Below are positions 63,666-64,000 of a stretch of DNA of 64,000 nt, in pieces. A program made the position numbers and the translations under genes. Every line of letters begins with the position of its first letter. Within the stretch, counting starts at the first letter, position 1. The DNA is from Eledone cirrhosa. Taxonomy: Eukaryota. The notes under the pieces were generated by a model that saw nothing but the letters and a program-made list of their open reading frames with translations, was not told where the DNA came from and did no database searches. The stretch is taken from assembly GCA_964016885.1 (NCBI GenBank), contig CAXHJY010000876.1, positions 1 through 64,000 of the forward strand. The letters are read 5' to 3'.

Positions 63666-64000
63666 CCTCAAAGACAGCCAAACAGCAATAGGTAGCCTGA
63701 GTGAAGGTCATTTGACCAACAGGAAATAGACTTCAAGTAGAATCCAATGAAACAATATTTGTAATTCTTCATTTCACAGATAAGTATATATGTATGGACA
63801 CGTAAATCCTGGTGGAGTTGTAAGGACGCCGTAGTGACTTGCGCGTTTCTGGGGTATTTTTAAAACTCCAGGGAGTCCATCCCCTCTACAGTTCTGAACA
63901 CAGCAAATTTCTTCCAGCTAACGAGAGGGGGATAAAGAAGAAGTGAGAAAGAGAGGCAAAGAGTGAGAGAAAGGAAGTGAGAAAGAGAGTCAGAGAAAGT

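Overview
Eukaryotic, extremely microsatellite-rich DNA. The SINE sequences and repeat landscape resemble a coleoid cephalopod (Octopus-like); this is recognition from memory, not a database result. Almost all long ORFs in the track are translations of simple repeats. One clear protein-coding exon is present: the first exon of a LigB/DODA-family (4,5-DOPA extradiol dioxygenase-like) gene at 44570-45014 (+), ending in a GT donor, with no downstream exon found in the window. The most striking hidden structure is a set of short, mutually unrelated, Penelope-like elements inserted in (TA)n tracts. Many form long fold-back palindromes and carry minimal type-I hammerhead ribozyme (HHR) motifs: seven with an intact CUGANGA/GAAA core, three with a compensatory U3-A8 core, one with a 64-nt loop II, plus vestiges. 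One family repeatedly folds back inside its own helix II. Also present are R4/Dong-like, RTE-like and Tx1-like LINE ends sitting in specific microsatellites, tRNA-derived SINEs (including a 4 x 191 bp tandem array), a hAT MITE with a perfect 8-bp TSD, and several minisatellites.
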